NCBI GenBank assembly: GCA_951406725.2
Contig: OX597821.1
Location: 11,470,001 to 11,534,000 of the forward strand
Source of the DNA: Octopus vulgaris
Lineage: Eukaryota
Direction: 5' to 3'
DNA length: 64,000 nucleotides
Part shown: one piece after another, positions 43,419 through 58,209 of the stretch
Layout: every line of letters begins with the position of its first letter
Numbering within the stretch: position 1 is the stretch's first letter
Translations under genes and position numbers: made by a program
Notes under the pieces: model-generated
Databases searched by the model: none
Seen by the model: the letters and a program-made list of their open reading frames with translations, nothing else
Told to the model about the DNA's origin: nothing

Positions 43419-44104
43419 TATACTTACATATACTTCAAGTTTCCGTTCATCGGACAGTTTTGTTATAATGGAACAGAAATAACGATATAATCAAAACTAG
43501 TTAACGGATACACCTTTAAAAATGGATTTGTTTCATTGTTTCCTTTCAATTTATGGTCTTAAGCATGCAATGAACAAAATAAATGAATTCAAAATAAATT
43601 CATTCTATTGTAAAATCAAAGAAAACCTTAAATCAAAGAGTAGATTCAAAATGCATATTGTAAATAATTATATACGATATACAATTCAATTAATACATTA
43701 ATATTATAATTAAAATTTTGACGCTGTGTTACATAAGTATTTTACAATAGCATATAACAATACTAGACCATCTATAATATATATATATACATCAAAATAC
43801 ACAGATGCATGCACATAGTATATATGTAAGACATAAATATACGCACAAATACACGTATACATATATGCACGCAACCTTGCATGCGCACAAAAATCTCTTG
43901 GTGTATACATATAGAAGTTAGTTATAGCAGACAAGAGAGATAGGATGTATATCTTAAAAGTAGAGAGGGGGAAAGAAAAAGAAAAGAAGAACCCCAAAAC
44001 GTAACAGCTAGAGAAAGAATGAGGGAAATAAGGGAGGAAGGAGAAGAGGAACGCATTGTTTAAGGATGCTATCAAAGTAACGAATAGGGAGAGAAAGGAT
44101 TTCT

Positions 44105-44325
44105 TTTCTTTTACTTGTTTCAGTCATTTGATTGTGGCCATGCTGGAGCACCGCCTTTAGTCGAGCAAATCGACCCCAGGACTTATTCTTTGTATCCTAG
44201 TACTTATTCATTCGGTCTTCTTTTACCGAACCGCTAAGTTACGGGGACGTAAACACACCAGCATCAGTTGTCAAGCGATGTTGGGGGGACAAACACAGAC
44301 ACACAAACCTATACAAACACACACA

Positions 44326-44411
<86 letters not shown>

Positions 44412-44740
44412 TACGACGGGAATCATTCAGTTTCCGTCTACCAAATACACTCACAAGGCTTTGGTCAGCCCAATGCTATAAAAGAAGACACTTGCCCAAG
44501 GTGCCACACTGTGGGATTGAACCTGAAACCATGTGGGTGGTAAGCAAGCTACTGACCACACAGCCACTCCTACGCCTACTTTTTATATATTTCTGCTGAT
44601 TTTAAATAAAGTATATATATTACTCTTTTACTCATTTACTTGTTTCAGTCATTTGACTGTGGCCATGCTGGAGCACCGCCTTTAGTCGAGCAAATCGACC
44701 CCAGGACTTATTCTTTGTAAGCCTAGTACTTATTCTATAT
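44105..44740 (-). mobile_element. SINE family A full copy (44105-44578) plus a 3' fragment (44620-44740)
   Basis: Homology to 1508-1910. Confidence 0.9.
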
Positions 44741-45035
44741 ATATTTTCGTTCGGCCTTATGCGACTTCAAGTTTGCATGTCGCTAACAGAAACCTAGTTC
44801 ATTCAAGCTCACATTACCGAAAAGAGAAATACAAATATCCAAGATGGCTACTAAGAGTTAGGTTGATATTGGTCAAGGCGGGCATAAGGGGTTGTTAGAA
44901 ATTTTATGTACTTCTACATATACATACACATACATAATATAGATATTTGGGCATATATATATATACCAAAGTAAGCACATAAATGCGAAACAAGGAAAAA
45001 ATACTACTTGAATGCCAAAGGAAAAGGAATATACA

Positions 45036-45194
45036 TTATTGAAAAACAGCAAAAATATCACAAAAGCTGTTACTCAGAGTTTCACGTTCCCGTTCGTCGG
45101 ACAGTTTTGTTTAGAAAAACAAAACTGTCCGACGAACGGGAACGTGAAACATTGAGTAACAGTTTTTTGTAATATATTTGCTGCTTTTTAATAA
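45036..45194. ncRNA. Palindrome of two divergent type-I hammerheads with a CCGACGA core
   Basis: Plus: aaaactgt-CCGACGA-acg-ggaa-cgt-GAAAC-attga-GTA-acagtttt (45121-45166); mirror copy on minus at 45062-45108; truncated relative at about 43431-43464. Confidence 0.75.
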
Positions 45195-45445
45195 GGTTGG
45201 CCCCGCTCTCTTCAACATTACACCAGGACACGTCAAAACAGAAACTGACCACACAAAATTCAAGAAGTCTTTGGACAAATTCCTCCAAGCAGTCCCGGAC
45301 AAACTACCTACACCCGGATATATCTCCGAAAACAATAACTCTCTTCTCGAATGGGTTTTGGGGCCAAAATCCTGAATTGAAAGTCTTCGCTCGGTGGTTA
45401 GCCATGACCTGGGCCTATACTGGCCCAAAACTTTCTAAGTTCTAT
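45195..45445 (+). mobile_element. CR1/L2-group LINE 3' end
   Basis: GPALFNITPGHVKTETDHTKFKKSLDKFLQAVPDK..NSLLEW*, typical ORF2 C-terminus, followed by a short UTR. Confidence 0.7.
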
Positions 45446-45812
45446 CTCTCTATCTATCTCTAAATATATATATATATATATGTATAAATATATATATGTG
45501 TGTGTGTGTATACACACATACACTACCCTGCATGTTTTACTTGCACATACAAGGCTTTATCTGATAATATTATAAGCAGATGCAGGCACTGATAAAAATG
45601 CACAACATCGTCACTGCTATATCAATGCGAACAAAATATTTTGATCTACTTGCGACACGGAGTTTTATAAGATCAGCATTTCGCGTACATGTATATGTAT
45701 GAAAGATAACGATTTAATTCCTATCGAGAAACTCGGTGTTTAAAATGTAAGTTCTCCATGTTTGTAACAATTAATACACACACAGACATACACATGTGTA
45801 TGTATTTATATC

Positions 45813-45868
<56 letters not shown>

Positions 45869-46227
45869 TGTGTGTGCGTGTGTATGTATGTATGTATAAC
45901 GATGGAAGCGTGTTTCCTAAGTTCGACTGGTCTTCTTCGCGGTTTGTATTATTGGATAACGAGACGGAAGCTTAGAGCATTGCTTTTTAGTACGGCATTA
46001 ATTTTTCCGTCTCTTCTCTAAGTAATTAAAAGCAAAGGAACAATAGAAACTAAAGAAAGTCTATAACTATTGTTAACGTTTCGTGCATTAATGATTTTTT
46101 TCCTTTGCTACCTATGTTGGTTTTGATTATGCTGTTGATTTAGTGAGAGGTATTGTGCTGAGAAAATATAAGAATGGGTGTGATTATTAACATAGTCATT
46201 ATGATGATGATGATGATGATGATGATG

Positions 46228-46351
46228 ATCCTTTCGGAGTCGATAAATTAAGTACCAGTTACGCACTGGGGTCGATGTAATTGACTTAATACCTATGTCT
46301 GTCCTTGTTTGTCCCCTCTATGTTTAGCCCCTTGTGGGTAATAAAGAAATA
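46228..46351 (+). mobile_element. 5'-truncated SINE family B flanked by a ~77-bp direct duplication
   Basis: 46148-46227 duplicated at 46351-46427. Confidence 0.85.
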
Positions 46352-46749
46352 GGTATTGTGCTGAGAAAATATAAGAATGGGTGTGATTATTAACATAGTC
46401 ATTATGATGATGATGATGATGATGATGCTCCTTCTCATCAACATCATCCGTATCCTTGCTATCCTCGCCTCCACCACCAAACACCCATCATCATCATCAT
46501 CATTACCATCTCAATTAGCTCCACCATCGCCCTCATCTTCATCACCATCGTCATCATCATCATCATCATTTTCTTCTTCCTCCTCCTTCTCCTCCTCCTC
46601 CTCATTATCATCATCATCATTAACATCGTCATCATGCTGCTGCTGCTATTGTAGATGTCCGTCAGACTCAGACTAACATTATGAAAGACAGTTCTCTAAA
46701 TACTCTATGATAACAACTTCCGTTTCGCAGCAAATGTTTATTGTGGACT

Positions 46750-47000
46750 CTCTTTCCTTCTTTTTTCATTTCTTTCTTTCTTTCCTTCTTTCTTTCTTTC
46801 TTTCTTACTTCTTTCCTTTGTTTCTTTGTTTCTCCCTTTCTGTCTGTCCTTTTATTTGTTTGTTTCATTTTCTCCTCTCGTTCTTTTCCTTTCTTTCACC
46901 TTCTTCTTCTTCTTCTTCTTCTTCTTCTTCTTCTTCTTCTTCTTCTTCTTCTTCTTCTTCCTTCCTCTTCTTCTTCTTCTTCTTCTTTTTCTTCCTCTAC

Positions 47001-47031
<31 letters not shown>

Positions 47032-47108
47032 CTTCTTCTTCTTCTTCTTCTTCTTCTTCTTCCACTTCTTTCACTTCTTCTTCTTCTTCTTCTTCTTCCA
47101 CTTCTTCC

Positions 47109-47139
<31 letters not shown>

Positions 47140-47507
47140 CTTCTTCTTCTTCTTCTTCTTCTTCTTCTAATTTTCTTTCCTACATTCCTTCTTCCTTTCC
47201 GTTGCTCATTGCTTCAGTATTACTTCCCTTATAATTTTATTTTCTTTCTGTCTGTATTTCTTTCTTTCCTTCTTTCTTTTTTCTCTCTTACTTTCTTTCA
47301 TTCTTTCTTTCTTTCTTTCGTTCTTTCTAATCATATTTTAGGTAAATATTTGTTTCCATCTACTGCTGCTGCTGCTGCTGCTACCACTACTGCCCCATTT
47401 GTTCCAATATGCATTCAACCTCATCATCATCATCATCGTCATCATCATCGTCATCATCATCATCATCATCATCGTCATCATCATCATCATCATCGTCATC
47501 ATCATCG

Positions 47508-47590
<83 letters not shown>

Positions 47591-47591
47591 G

Positions 47592-47626
<35 letters not shown>

Positions 47627-47715
47627 GTCATCATCATCATCATCATCGTTGTCGTCGTCATCATCATCATCAGTGGCAGCAGCAGTAACGGAAGCAGTTG
47701 CAGGAATGGTAGCAA

Positions 47716-47800
<85 letters not shown>
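46750..47800. repeat. Compound (TTTC)n, (TCT)n, (CAT)n, (CAG)n and (TAG)n arrays
   Basis: Direct reading; source of the poly-S/L/H ORFs. Confidence 0.95.
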
Positions 47801-47801
<1 letters not shown>

Positions 47802-47828
47802 AAGGCAAAAGAAAAAATAGGAGAGTAG

Positions 47829-47860
<32 letters not shown>

Positions 47861-48145
47861 TTACAAAGGGTATAACAAAGACGGCGAAGACTAAAGAAGA
47901 CGAAGGTGAAGGTGAAGAAGAAGAAGAAAGCAGAAAAAAAGTAAAAGAAGGATTAACGATAATACAGCAAAAAGGGGAAAGGTGATGATGGAGAAGGTGG
48001 GGAGATGGAAAATAAGATAACGAAATGTCAAGTTGATTAAGAACGGTATGAACAGCTTTCTATGAAGTGACACGTCCTGTTCGGATTATGGCATCTAATG
48101 ACAATTACTTTTTGATTAGATGAATTGGGAAGGGAAACGAAAGAT

Positions 48146-48287
<142 letters not shown>

Positions 48288-48293
48288 TATATA

Positions 48294-48326
<33 letters not shown>

Positions 48327-48342
48327 AGAATATGTGGCTATA

Positions 48343-48504
48343 TAGGCGCAGGAGTGGCTGTGTGGTAAGAAGCTTGCTTTCCGACCACAATGTTCCAGGT
48401 TCAGTTCCACTGCGTAGCACCTCGGGCAAGGTACTTCTACTATAGCCTCGGACCGACCAAATCTTTGTTTGTGGATTTGAGAGACGGAAACTGAAAGAAG
48501 CCAG

Positions 48505-48565
<61 letters not shown>

Positions 48566-48816
48566 CACGCACACACATATATATGTATACGTGCGCGTGT
48601 GTGTGTGCATGTATTTGTGTGTCCGTGTTTGTCCTCCCTCACCACCATCGCTTGAGCCGATGTTGGTGTGTGTTTACATCTCCGTAACTTTGCGGTTCGG
48701 CACAAGATCCTGATAGACTGAGTACTAGGCTTACAAAGAATAAGTTCTTGGGTTGATTTGTTCGTGTAAAGGCTGTACTCTACTCCAGCATATCTGCAGT
48801 CAAATACTTGAACCAA

Positions 48817-48820
<4 letters not shown>
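48343..48820 (+). mobile_element. SINE family A
   Basis: Homology to 1508-1910. Confidence 0.85.
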
Positions 48821-48849
<29 letters not shown>

Positions 48850-48852
<3 letters not shown>

Positions 48853-49058
48853 TGTAGGATAAAATTTTTTTCGGGAAAAATTTTTTATCAATGGCCAGCA
48901 TATCAGAAAATACCTTTAAAGGTTAAATTTATAAATAATTTACAAGATAAGGGCAAAAGAAAAATTCTAATGCCAAATATGCCGAAAAAAAGACAAAACT
49001 TTTCAATAACCATTATAATTTATGCGTCTCGAGACGCACAAATTATAATGATTATTGA

Positions 49059-49062
<4 letters not shown>
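48850..49062 (-). mobile_element. Second copy of the 43-kb family tail, ending in a fold-back hairpin, (TA)n-flanked
   Basis: Reverse complement of 43175-43340; hairpin TTTTCAATAACCATTATAATTT.TGCGTCTCGAGACGCA.AAATTATAATG.TTATTGAAAA. Confidence 0.75.
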
Positions 49063-49089
<27 letters not shown>

Positions 49090-49100
<11 letters not shown>

Positions 49101-50070
49101 GTAGAACGGCTTCATCCCTCTACTTGCATCTCGGATTGGTTCGGTTGCTGGGACTTTTATGCCAGCAGAAGAGATAATGTGCCATCTAGTACTGCTACGC
49201 TAAGGATGTTTGGAAGTTGCTCATATTGTCTGACGAATATATTTTCCAGAAGGACCTGATTAAACTGCTTTTGTCGATGCCCAGACACAATTCTTGACCA
49301 TCGACTCTCATACCTTCAGCTAACGCTCTATATAAATCTAAAAGTGGTTCACCGTTGACGGTTGACGGCCTTCTCCTGCTTTATAGTACTGTGAGCGTCT
49401 AGCAATATTCAACTTCAGTCTATTCTGGACCCATGATTGCAGCTCTGTCAAAGAGACGAGCTGTAGGAAAATGGTGTCGCTGAAAGACGCTCATACCAGT
49501 TCGTCGTCATTGAATCCATTGCATTGAGACAGGTATTTCTACTAATGAATCATCCTTAGAATGTGCCGGTGCAACATTAGGACGGCATCCCGTAATCATC
49601 GCAGAATAGATATTGGCAGCAAAGGGATATCCTAGTTAGAGGAACCTGTCACCTGCATAAGAAACGGAAAAGTAAACATTCCAATCTTGTCAGGTATTTT
49701 AGGAGACAAGGTACAACAACTATTGCAAGTTACCCTCGAGGCAGTGTAAACGTTGGCTGCTCCCTTCCCACCTATCAGGGACAACGTCTTCTCGGCCCAC
49801 TTCTGGTTAAGATTGACTACCCAGCGTCTAACCTCTTTCCTGTTCCTTCTATTTCAGAAGGTTGCCCCGAACCAGATTCCAATCGATTTCACCAGATATT
49901 CACTCCAGCGACAGAAAGCACTGCTGGATGATGCTGTACATCCGAATACACTTTTAAATGAGTGCTACTGTACAACCGAGTGCGCTTTTAGCGTAGTCAA
50001 AATTGCTTCAGCAGAAAGGAGAGGATCATCCTTGAAGGAACAAACGTATATAGAACTGGCTGTTTAGGTT
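49090..50070 (-). mobile_element. Tx1/L1-clade LINE ORF2 degenerate fragment
   Basis: KSIGIWSG..KWAEKTLSLIGGKGAANVY; LLDLYRALAEG..LGID homologous to the 38-kb fragment. Confidence 0.6.
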
Positions 50071-51010
50071 GATCAGATACCCAATTAAATAAAGAAATTG
50101 CACAATATGAGAAAAGACCAGATGATTAAGCCTGGAAAACAATTATCTCCTGACATTAATTAAGCCGATTACCTGTCTCTCCCTAATATTGTGGTCTTGT
50201 GTTTTTCAGAAATCATTATTTATTACATAAACGGAAGCCATCAGATGTTTAGAGCGTGGCAAAGATTATCATTTCCACAGAGGCACTACTGATATGAAAA
50301 AACAAAATAGCCGCACCGTGATGCGAAACAACAGCTCTGTACTGGCAATATTAACCTAAATTGTGGTGTTTCATTCAACGATTAAAAAATATAAATTGAC
50401 CTTTCATAATAAATGAAACTTGGAATCGAACTTAACAATTATTTTCTAAAATTCTACACAAGATTGTGCGCGAAGTTGTCAACTGCCACAGAAAAATAAA
50501 AAGAAAAAAAGCAAAAGAAGGAAAACGAAGCATAATTTAAGCCTAATTTTAACGTAAATGTAATGAAGTTATTTTGCTTGTCTCCTGAGAATAAAATAAG
50601 ATTTCATGTAAATTTCTCTTTTCGTTCCATTCTTGACACGAAATCTAAAATTTTGAAACAAAAAGATAACTGTAGTAATTTATCGACTTAATCTTTCAGC
50701 GGCTAATAAATATTTTATCAACAAACCCCTGCTACTTTCGTACAGAACTGTCTTTATTTTAATAATTAAATCAACGAGACCACCCATTCAGTGTAGGCAG
50801 CGATCAGTAATGTTCATTCGAATCACAAATTTTGCATTCTGTGACTTAACTAAATCAGGATTAACAAAGACATTCATTGTCAATCACTTTTAGCAGGTTG
50901 GCAGCCATCTTGAAAATTTGATTATCAAGAAGATGTAATATAAGTAGAACAAATCATTTCTGGTTACTTGCTTGCACACATACATATATATGTATAGAGA
51001 TGTATAAATA

Positions 51011-51127
<117 letters not shown>

Positions 51128-51202
51128 GCATACATACAGATACATATATGTATATATATATATACATACATATATATTCTCATAAATATGTATACATGCA
51201 TG

Positions 51203-51295
<93 letters not shown>

Positions 51296-51347
51296 ATATA
51301 TACATGTATATCTATCTATCATTATTTTTTCTTCCTCTTTCCCTCTC

Positions 51348-51400
<53 letters not shown>

Positions 51401-51480
51401 TGTGCAGTTCCGTCATAGAAATATATATATGTATATATGTATATGTTTAAATATTTGATACAAACATACACACATTTACG

Positions 51481-51519
<39 letters not shown>

Positions 51520-51587
51520 CACACATATATGTATGTATGTATACATATATATAATTATTTATTATACAGAAATACATGCATATATAT

Positions 51588-51666
<79 letters not shown>

Positions 51667-52035
51667 CACATGAATATAATAAAAGAAAGGGAACGGTTTA
51701 GAATTTGAGAGCGCGGGGAGGCTATTTATATAAAGTTTGTTTTTCTATTTGAGATCGGTGTTTGTTTAAGGCTTTACCTAATACAATTTCCCACGTGATT
51801 ATGGAATTTTCAGAATTCGAGAGAAGTTCTGCATAGTTGTCTTGATAAATGGTCATATTGGGTTTAAGGAGATAAAGGGGAAAAAAATTCTGAAATAGTA
51901 GAAATATGGTAGAGGAAGAAATGTGATGTTGTGGGTGGTGATGGTAAGGGATTTTGAAAGGGGGCAGTTTAATGGATCAAACATTGTTTACAAAGAATCA
52001 AGCGAAATTTAGAGGAAAATTGTTCGAAGTGCGTG

Positions 52036-52095
<60 letters not shown>

Positions 52096-52633
52096 AAAGA
52101 GAACATTAGATATATAAAAAGGAAAGAAAGTGGCGAGGAACGATAAAATTACAAGTGGAAATGTTAGAAAAGAAGTAATTGAGGAAATGGAAGGCAAAAA
52201 TGAATGATTGAGAAGAAGTAGCGACTGAAAGACATAGAAGAGGAAACGAAGATGAGGAGTAGGATGTGACAGATAATGAATACGAGTGTGAGTAAAATAG
52301 AAAGTGGTAAACGAAAATGATAGAGAGAAAGAAATAGTGAGAGAGAGAGTAAGAGAGATATTGAGTGAAATAATACATAGAATATTCAGAGAATAGCTCG
52401 ATAATTTGAGAGATAGACCTATATAGATGGACAGAGACGTAATTTGTTATATATATATGAAGAGGCTGTCCGCCGGAATATAAACAACAAAATAACAGAG
52501 AAAGATAGAGCGTAGAGAGAAGAATGAAAAGGGAAGGAAAAGTTCTATTAATTTTGTTTTCATCAAATATTGATTCAATGTCTGGCTATTTTCAACTTGC
52601 TGTTTTAACAAATACCAAGCTATTAGAACCCCC

Positions 52634-52933
52634 AGCAACTGCCCACAATCGCAGAATTATGATTCGATTTCATTACTAATCACATGTTCACCATGATTTT
52701 ATTCACACAATGCTTGCTTAGTTTCGGTCTGTGTTGCAATTTTAATAAGATGAGCGAGGTTTAATAAAATAATATATAAATAATGAATTCGAGAATTTCC
52801 TTCTTGCCCTTTTAACCTATTCATAAAATTGAGATTTGCACAAAGTTTGCCGAATCGATAGACTATCGAACAACCAAGTGAAGGCCATTTGTTGAGACTG
52901 TCATTGTACTACGTCCATTGGGGCAGTATTTAA
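52634..52933 (+). repeat. 300-bp segment duplicated nearly identically at 58278-58577
   Basis: Direct comparison shows only two visible substitutions near the 5' end. Confidence 0.9.
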
Positions 52934-53194
52934 ATCTTTTGGGTATTTTAAATCTTTTACCTTAAATACCATAAGATAAGTACAATTCAGCGCTATAAGT
53001 AGTAATACGTACGAGTTTTTCAGTAGGTTGTAATACAGAGATCAACTTCTTTCAAGAATAATGTCTGTGAAAAATTGATCACACCGGAAAAATGCTTCAC
53101 TTATAATCCTAACATTTCGAATCGTTTAAGTGTGCTTGACATCTCACGAATAGCAAAGATGTTATACTGTTTTCAATTCATTTGAATGTAAGCG

Positions 53195-53585
53195 TAACTG
53201 AATGATTAAGTGGCTCGCTTTGCAATCAAGTGGTTTCAAGTTCAGTCACACTGCGTGGCACCTTAGGCATGTGTTTTCTACTATAGTCCCGAGACGACCA
53301 ATGTTCTGTGAGTTTAGTAAACGGAAACTATGTGGAATCCCGTCACATATATGTGCAAATGAATGTGCGTGTTTCTTTGAGCCTATGTTTGTCACTCCAA
53401 CCTGCTTGACAAACGGTTTTGATTTATTTACGTTCACGTAACATAGTGGTTCGGCATAAGAGACCGGTATATTATGTACCATACTTAAAAAAGGACTAGG
53501 GTCTATTTGTTCGACTAAGATCCCACCAAAGCAGAGCCCCGGCATGGCTACAGCCTATTGACTGAAACATGAAAAAGATAAAAGT
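53195..53585 (+). mobile_element. Old, degraded SINE family A
   Basis: GTTCAGTCACACTGCGTGGCACCTTAGGCA..GCATGGCTACAG..CTGAAAC. Confidence 0.75.
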
Positions 53586-54504
53586 CATCATTTCTCTTCA
53601 GATTCATTTTTCTACAGACGATTAAATGTTTAAAGAGCCTCTGTGGAACCCACGCTCAAGTAATAAACGAAAGATGATATGTTGTAGTAGTATAGTAGAT
53701 AAATTTTTGGAACACGACGTTGCCTATTTCGATGTTAGTTATAGGAGAGCATTGTTCAATGAAATACATAACATTTCCAACTCACAAAGTCAGTTTCAAC
53801 TCACAAGTCTGTTACCCAGTCTAATCGATGATTAATTCATTCTCTCCCCACATTTCTCAATTACATTTATGTATTTTAACAAGATTTGAAACTGAACAAT
53901 CTGGCACATTAAGTTGCAGATTCGATGCTATGATGAACTGTTTCTTTACTTTTGGTCGCTCAAAGTAAGTTTGGTAAATAGCACTGTGTCCGAAACCATG
54001 ACAGTGACACCGTCTGGGTATACAGAAATGGCTCTCCTCTGGTCCATTCCGAGTGAGATATCAAAACGGCTACCGTGCCGAAACATACTCTAAATTGCAC
54101 ATTTTACTCTATGTCTATAATTTTAGCTGTGGAATTTTTGTTTCTATGAATGATTTTCTTTAAGGCAAGCTGACTACGTATATCAACATCATGTTAACCG
54201 GTATTTGGAGGAGTATACAGAGAAGAGCCAGCTGGTATTGATCAATATATATATATGTGTATATATATGTGTGTGTGTACATATATACATGTAAATACAC
54301 ACAATTACACACATGCATGTATGTGTACATGTATGTCCATAATCTAAATGATAACGTCTCTTTATCCACGTTATTTCTTGGACATTTGTGTCTTTAGAAA
54401 ATCTCGTCTTACATCTCGTTTATATGATGCCTAACAAATATGGGTGTTATGCCAATGTTATTTTGTATGGTATCGCAAACACTAATCATTCTATTAGAAG
54501 AGTG

Positions 54505-54576
<72 letters not shown>

Positions 54577-54764
54577 TACGTACGAGTAATTTTATACATA
54601 TATATACACACATACACGCACACACACGCAGAAATGTCAGAAATAAATAGACACACAGTTATTCGTTAAACTTTATATAAATCTGAAATTATCCATTCAA
54701 ATTATTTATTGATTATTATAATGTGAATATCTAATATTTAGTAGACAAGCCGTTTGAATTTTTC

Positions 54765-55728
54765 AGTGTAAGGACCCTATTAGGTATGCTACTGTTCAGA
54801 TGACGAATACTCTTAACGAATTTTATACCATGTTTCATGCAGTAATCTCCAAAAATCTGGATTTGAGGATGCTTTCTTGTTCTTTTTATGAAATGTCCTG
54901 TCCATTATGCCCCAGATGTTTTCAATAGGTTTCATATCTGGTGACTAGCTTGGCCATGTAAACTCTTTAATGTTATTCTCTTCCAACAAATCCTGGATTC
55001 TTTAGCTGCATGACAAGGAGCTCCATCTTCCATAAATAGAGAGTCTTCTTTAATAATTTCACTTCTGGAGAAGATTGGAAGGAGTCATTTCTGCAATATG
55101 GAAACATTTGTATCTGAGTTTATCTTTCCCTCACACTCCACCAGCTCTGATCGTCCATTGCGCAAAATTTCTTCCCCAGACCCTCAGAGAATAGCCACCA
55201 TGTTTCATTGTTGGTTACCACTTTTTCACATCAATTTCTTTTTTCACTGAGTCTCCAGACCCACATTCGACCACTGTCAGAAAATACAGCAGATCTAGAC
55301 TCATCAGAGAATACGACAGTATCCCAAAATGCTAGTGGCCTCTCCACTGTCTAACTGGCCCAATCTTTTCTCCACTTTATATTGACTGGTTAAAGAAATG
55401 GCTTCCTTTTTGCTGCTCTCCCATAGTAGCCAAGTTTGTGAAGATACCTGATAGCTGTTCTAGGACTGACAGCTGCTATATCAGAGGATTATCTTCAACA
55501 CTTCTCTTAACAAATCGAAGGCTCTTATCAGAGGATCCCGCTCGACCTGGGCAAAGTGATGTGGACTCCTTCCTCTCTCTGGCGAATTGCACATCACTCT
55601 ATTAACTATAGAAAGTGGGATCTCATGCTTTCTGCGGTTTTACGTTGACTGAGACCACCTTCAGATTGACCCACAATACGGTCTCTTTGAAATTCGGATA
55701 TTTCCAAGATTTCTTTTGTATGTGGCAT
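54765..55728 (-). pseudogene. Tc1 (DD34E) transposase remnant
   Basis: MPHTKEILEISEFQRDRIVG.., WDTVVFSDESR, MEDGAPCH, WPS*SPDMKPIENIW; stops and frameshifts. Confidence 0.9.
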
Positions 55729-56083
55729 GATTAAACAGTTACATATAGAATCTGAAACATAAAAATGTCAAACAATAAAAAATATAGACCCTTTTAAAGT
55801 TAAGCTAACATAAAACGATTTTTTATAGTGTGTCTATTTACTTCTGTATATATAAATGCACACACACATATATATCAAAAGGATGTGTTATAATTCTATT
55901 TCAAAGCCATACCAACAATCCAATAATACTATTCCACTTATATAAAAACAGACATACTAACAATCCAGTATACCTCCAACAGCAGCTACCCTACGGATAT
56001 CAATATGGTATATATGCTTAATGTATAACTGTTTATATATTCATATATGTATACATGAGCTCTTGCGCTTTGTGCTACTGTGT

Positions 56084-56128
<45 letters not shown>

Positions 56129-56691
56129 CATGCTTATGCGTAACCGATTAACGTCTTTTCATTCAGAGCTTGTGGAGAAAAAATTACATGCAAATTCATA
56201 ACATATTTACTTTTTCATATCTATTGACCTGAGAAGTGACACTAATTTATAGAATGTAGAACCTTTTAATTGTGTAACAGTCATGCTTTTCTTGGAGGCG
56301 AATACCGACGTAAATGAATGAAACGTTTCGCCTCAATCAGGAATGCAAACAGCATAATCACGGACTCAGCGAACCGAAAGAGCAGCTCTCCTTTACTCTA
56401 TATCGTAAATCCAGTGAAGAGATGCTGAGTCAGCTTCCAGTCAATTATCACGATTCTCTTTAGATCTGCAACACAAAATATCGCTGCTAGTTATGTTCAT
56501 TGCATGTGTGTGTGAATGTATGTATGTATGTGTGTATGTATGTATGTATGTATGTATGTATGTATGTATGTATGTATGTATGTACGTATATGTATTAATA
56601 TATGTCTATTTATATACATATATACAAATACATACATATACATATATACATATACATATACATATACATATATATATATACATATAAATAT

Positions 56692-56780
<89 letters not shown>

Positions 56781-56938
56781 AAGAGAGAGAGAGAGAGATA
56801 GAGACACATACATACATAGATACATAGATAGATATAGATATATAGATGTATATATATATAAAACACATATATATGTATTTATCATATGTATATATATATA
56901 TATTTTATAAATATACATATATATATATGTAAATATAT

Positions 56939-57208
56939 ATGCGTGTGTGTGTGTATGTGCGAGTGTGCGCTTATAGTATGTATGCATCTATGTATCTTCC
57001 TCTCTCTCTCTATATATATATATATGTATATATATATATGTATGTATATATGCATATATATGTAAATATACATATATATGCATATATACATACATATATA
57101 TATACATATTTATATATAGAGAGAGAGAGGGAGAGAGAGAGAGAGGGGAAGATACATAGATGCATACATACTATAAGCGCACACTCGCACATACACACAC
57201 ACACGCAT
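56939..57208. repeat. Perfect ~62-bp inverted repeat around a (TA)-rich spacer
   Basis: 56939-57000 is the reverse complement of 57147-57208. Confidence 0.9.
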
Positions 57209-57536
57209 ACACACAAAATACATACGACAGAATGCTGACTCAGTATCAAGTGGGGGGGAGATCTCTACCAATAATCTTCGCAATATTAACTCTTTCCTGC
57301 CTGAGTTCTGAACTTATTCCCCCCCACCCCACCCAAAAATCTACTTACCGATCTCTTGGCGATTGACTTCGCAGTTGATATCCTCAGGATCTATAAAATA
57401 TATACAAAAGTCTACTGGATTTGACTGTATTGATTGCCTGACTATAGAGCCGGTACCAGAACCGATGTAGTTTCTTTCAAGGCGTGGTTATTTAACAGTT
57501 GGAAAATATTGATTGTACAATATTCCTAGCATCTAT

Positions 57537-57621
<85 letters not shown>

Positions 57622-57670
57622 ACGTGTCTGTCTGATTGTCTCTCTGTCTGTCTATCTATCTATATATCTA

Positions 57671-57748
<78 letters not shown>

Positions 57749-57751
57749 GAG

Positions 57752-57792
<41 letters not shown>

Positions 57793-57885
57793 TAGATGTA
57801 TATGTAAATATATATTTATACACATAAATAAGTATATATCGCTTATATATTACTTATGTGTACATATATGTATATACACAGACCC

Positions 57886-57928
<43 letters not shown>

Positions 57929-58209
57929 GTATACATACATAATCATTACGATTGTCGTGTATATGCATGTATGGAACTTGCCAGGTAATGCAATCATTAC
58001 CCGGCATGTTGTGAAATATTGGGGTGTTCAACTTCCTAGCTTAGAACGTGTATAACATATTCAATATTGTCGATTGAATTTGCGTTTAAGCCCACTTTGC
58101 CTATTTGGCAGATTAATAGAACTATCAGTATGAACTTATTAATCGTTTATGTTGATTCACTACTAATATCTTTCATAAAGCCCATATAAAAAATGCCAGT
58201 GTGTTATAT

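Noticed and set aside
46707-47875. Poly-S/L/H/M ORFs
   Set aside because: Trinucleotide arrays open in several frames on both strands; no flanking coding context
51690-52010. Possible Penelope ORF remnant between (TA)n tracts
   Set aside because: No RT or GIY-YIG motif recognisable by eye
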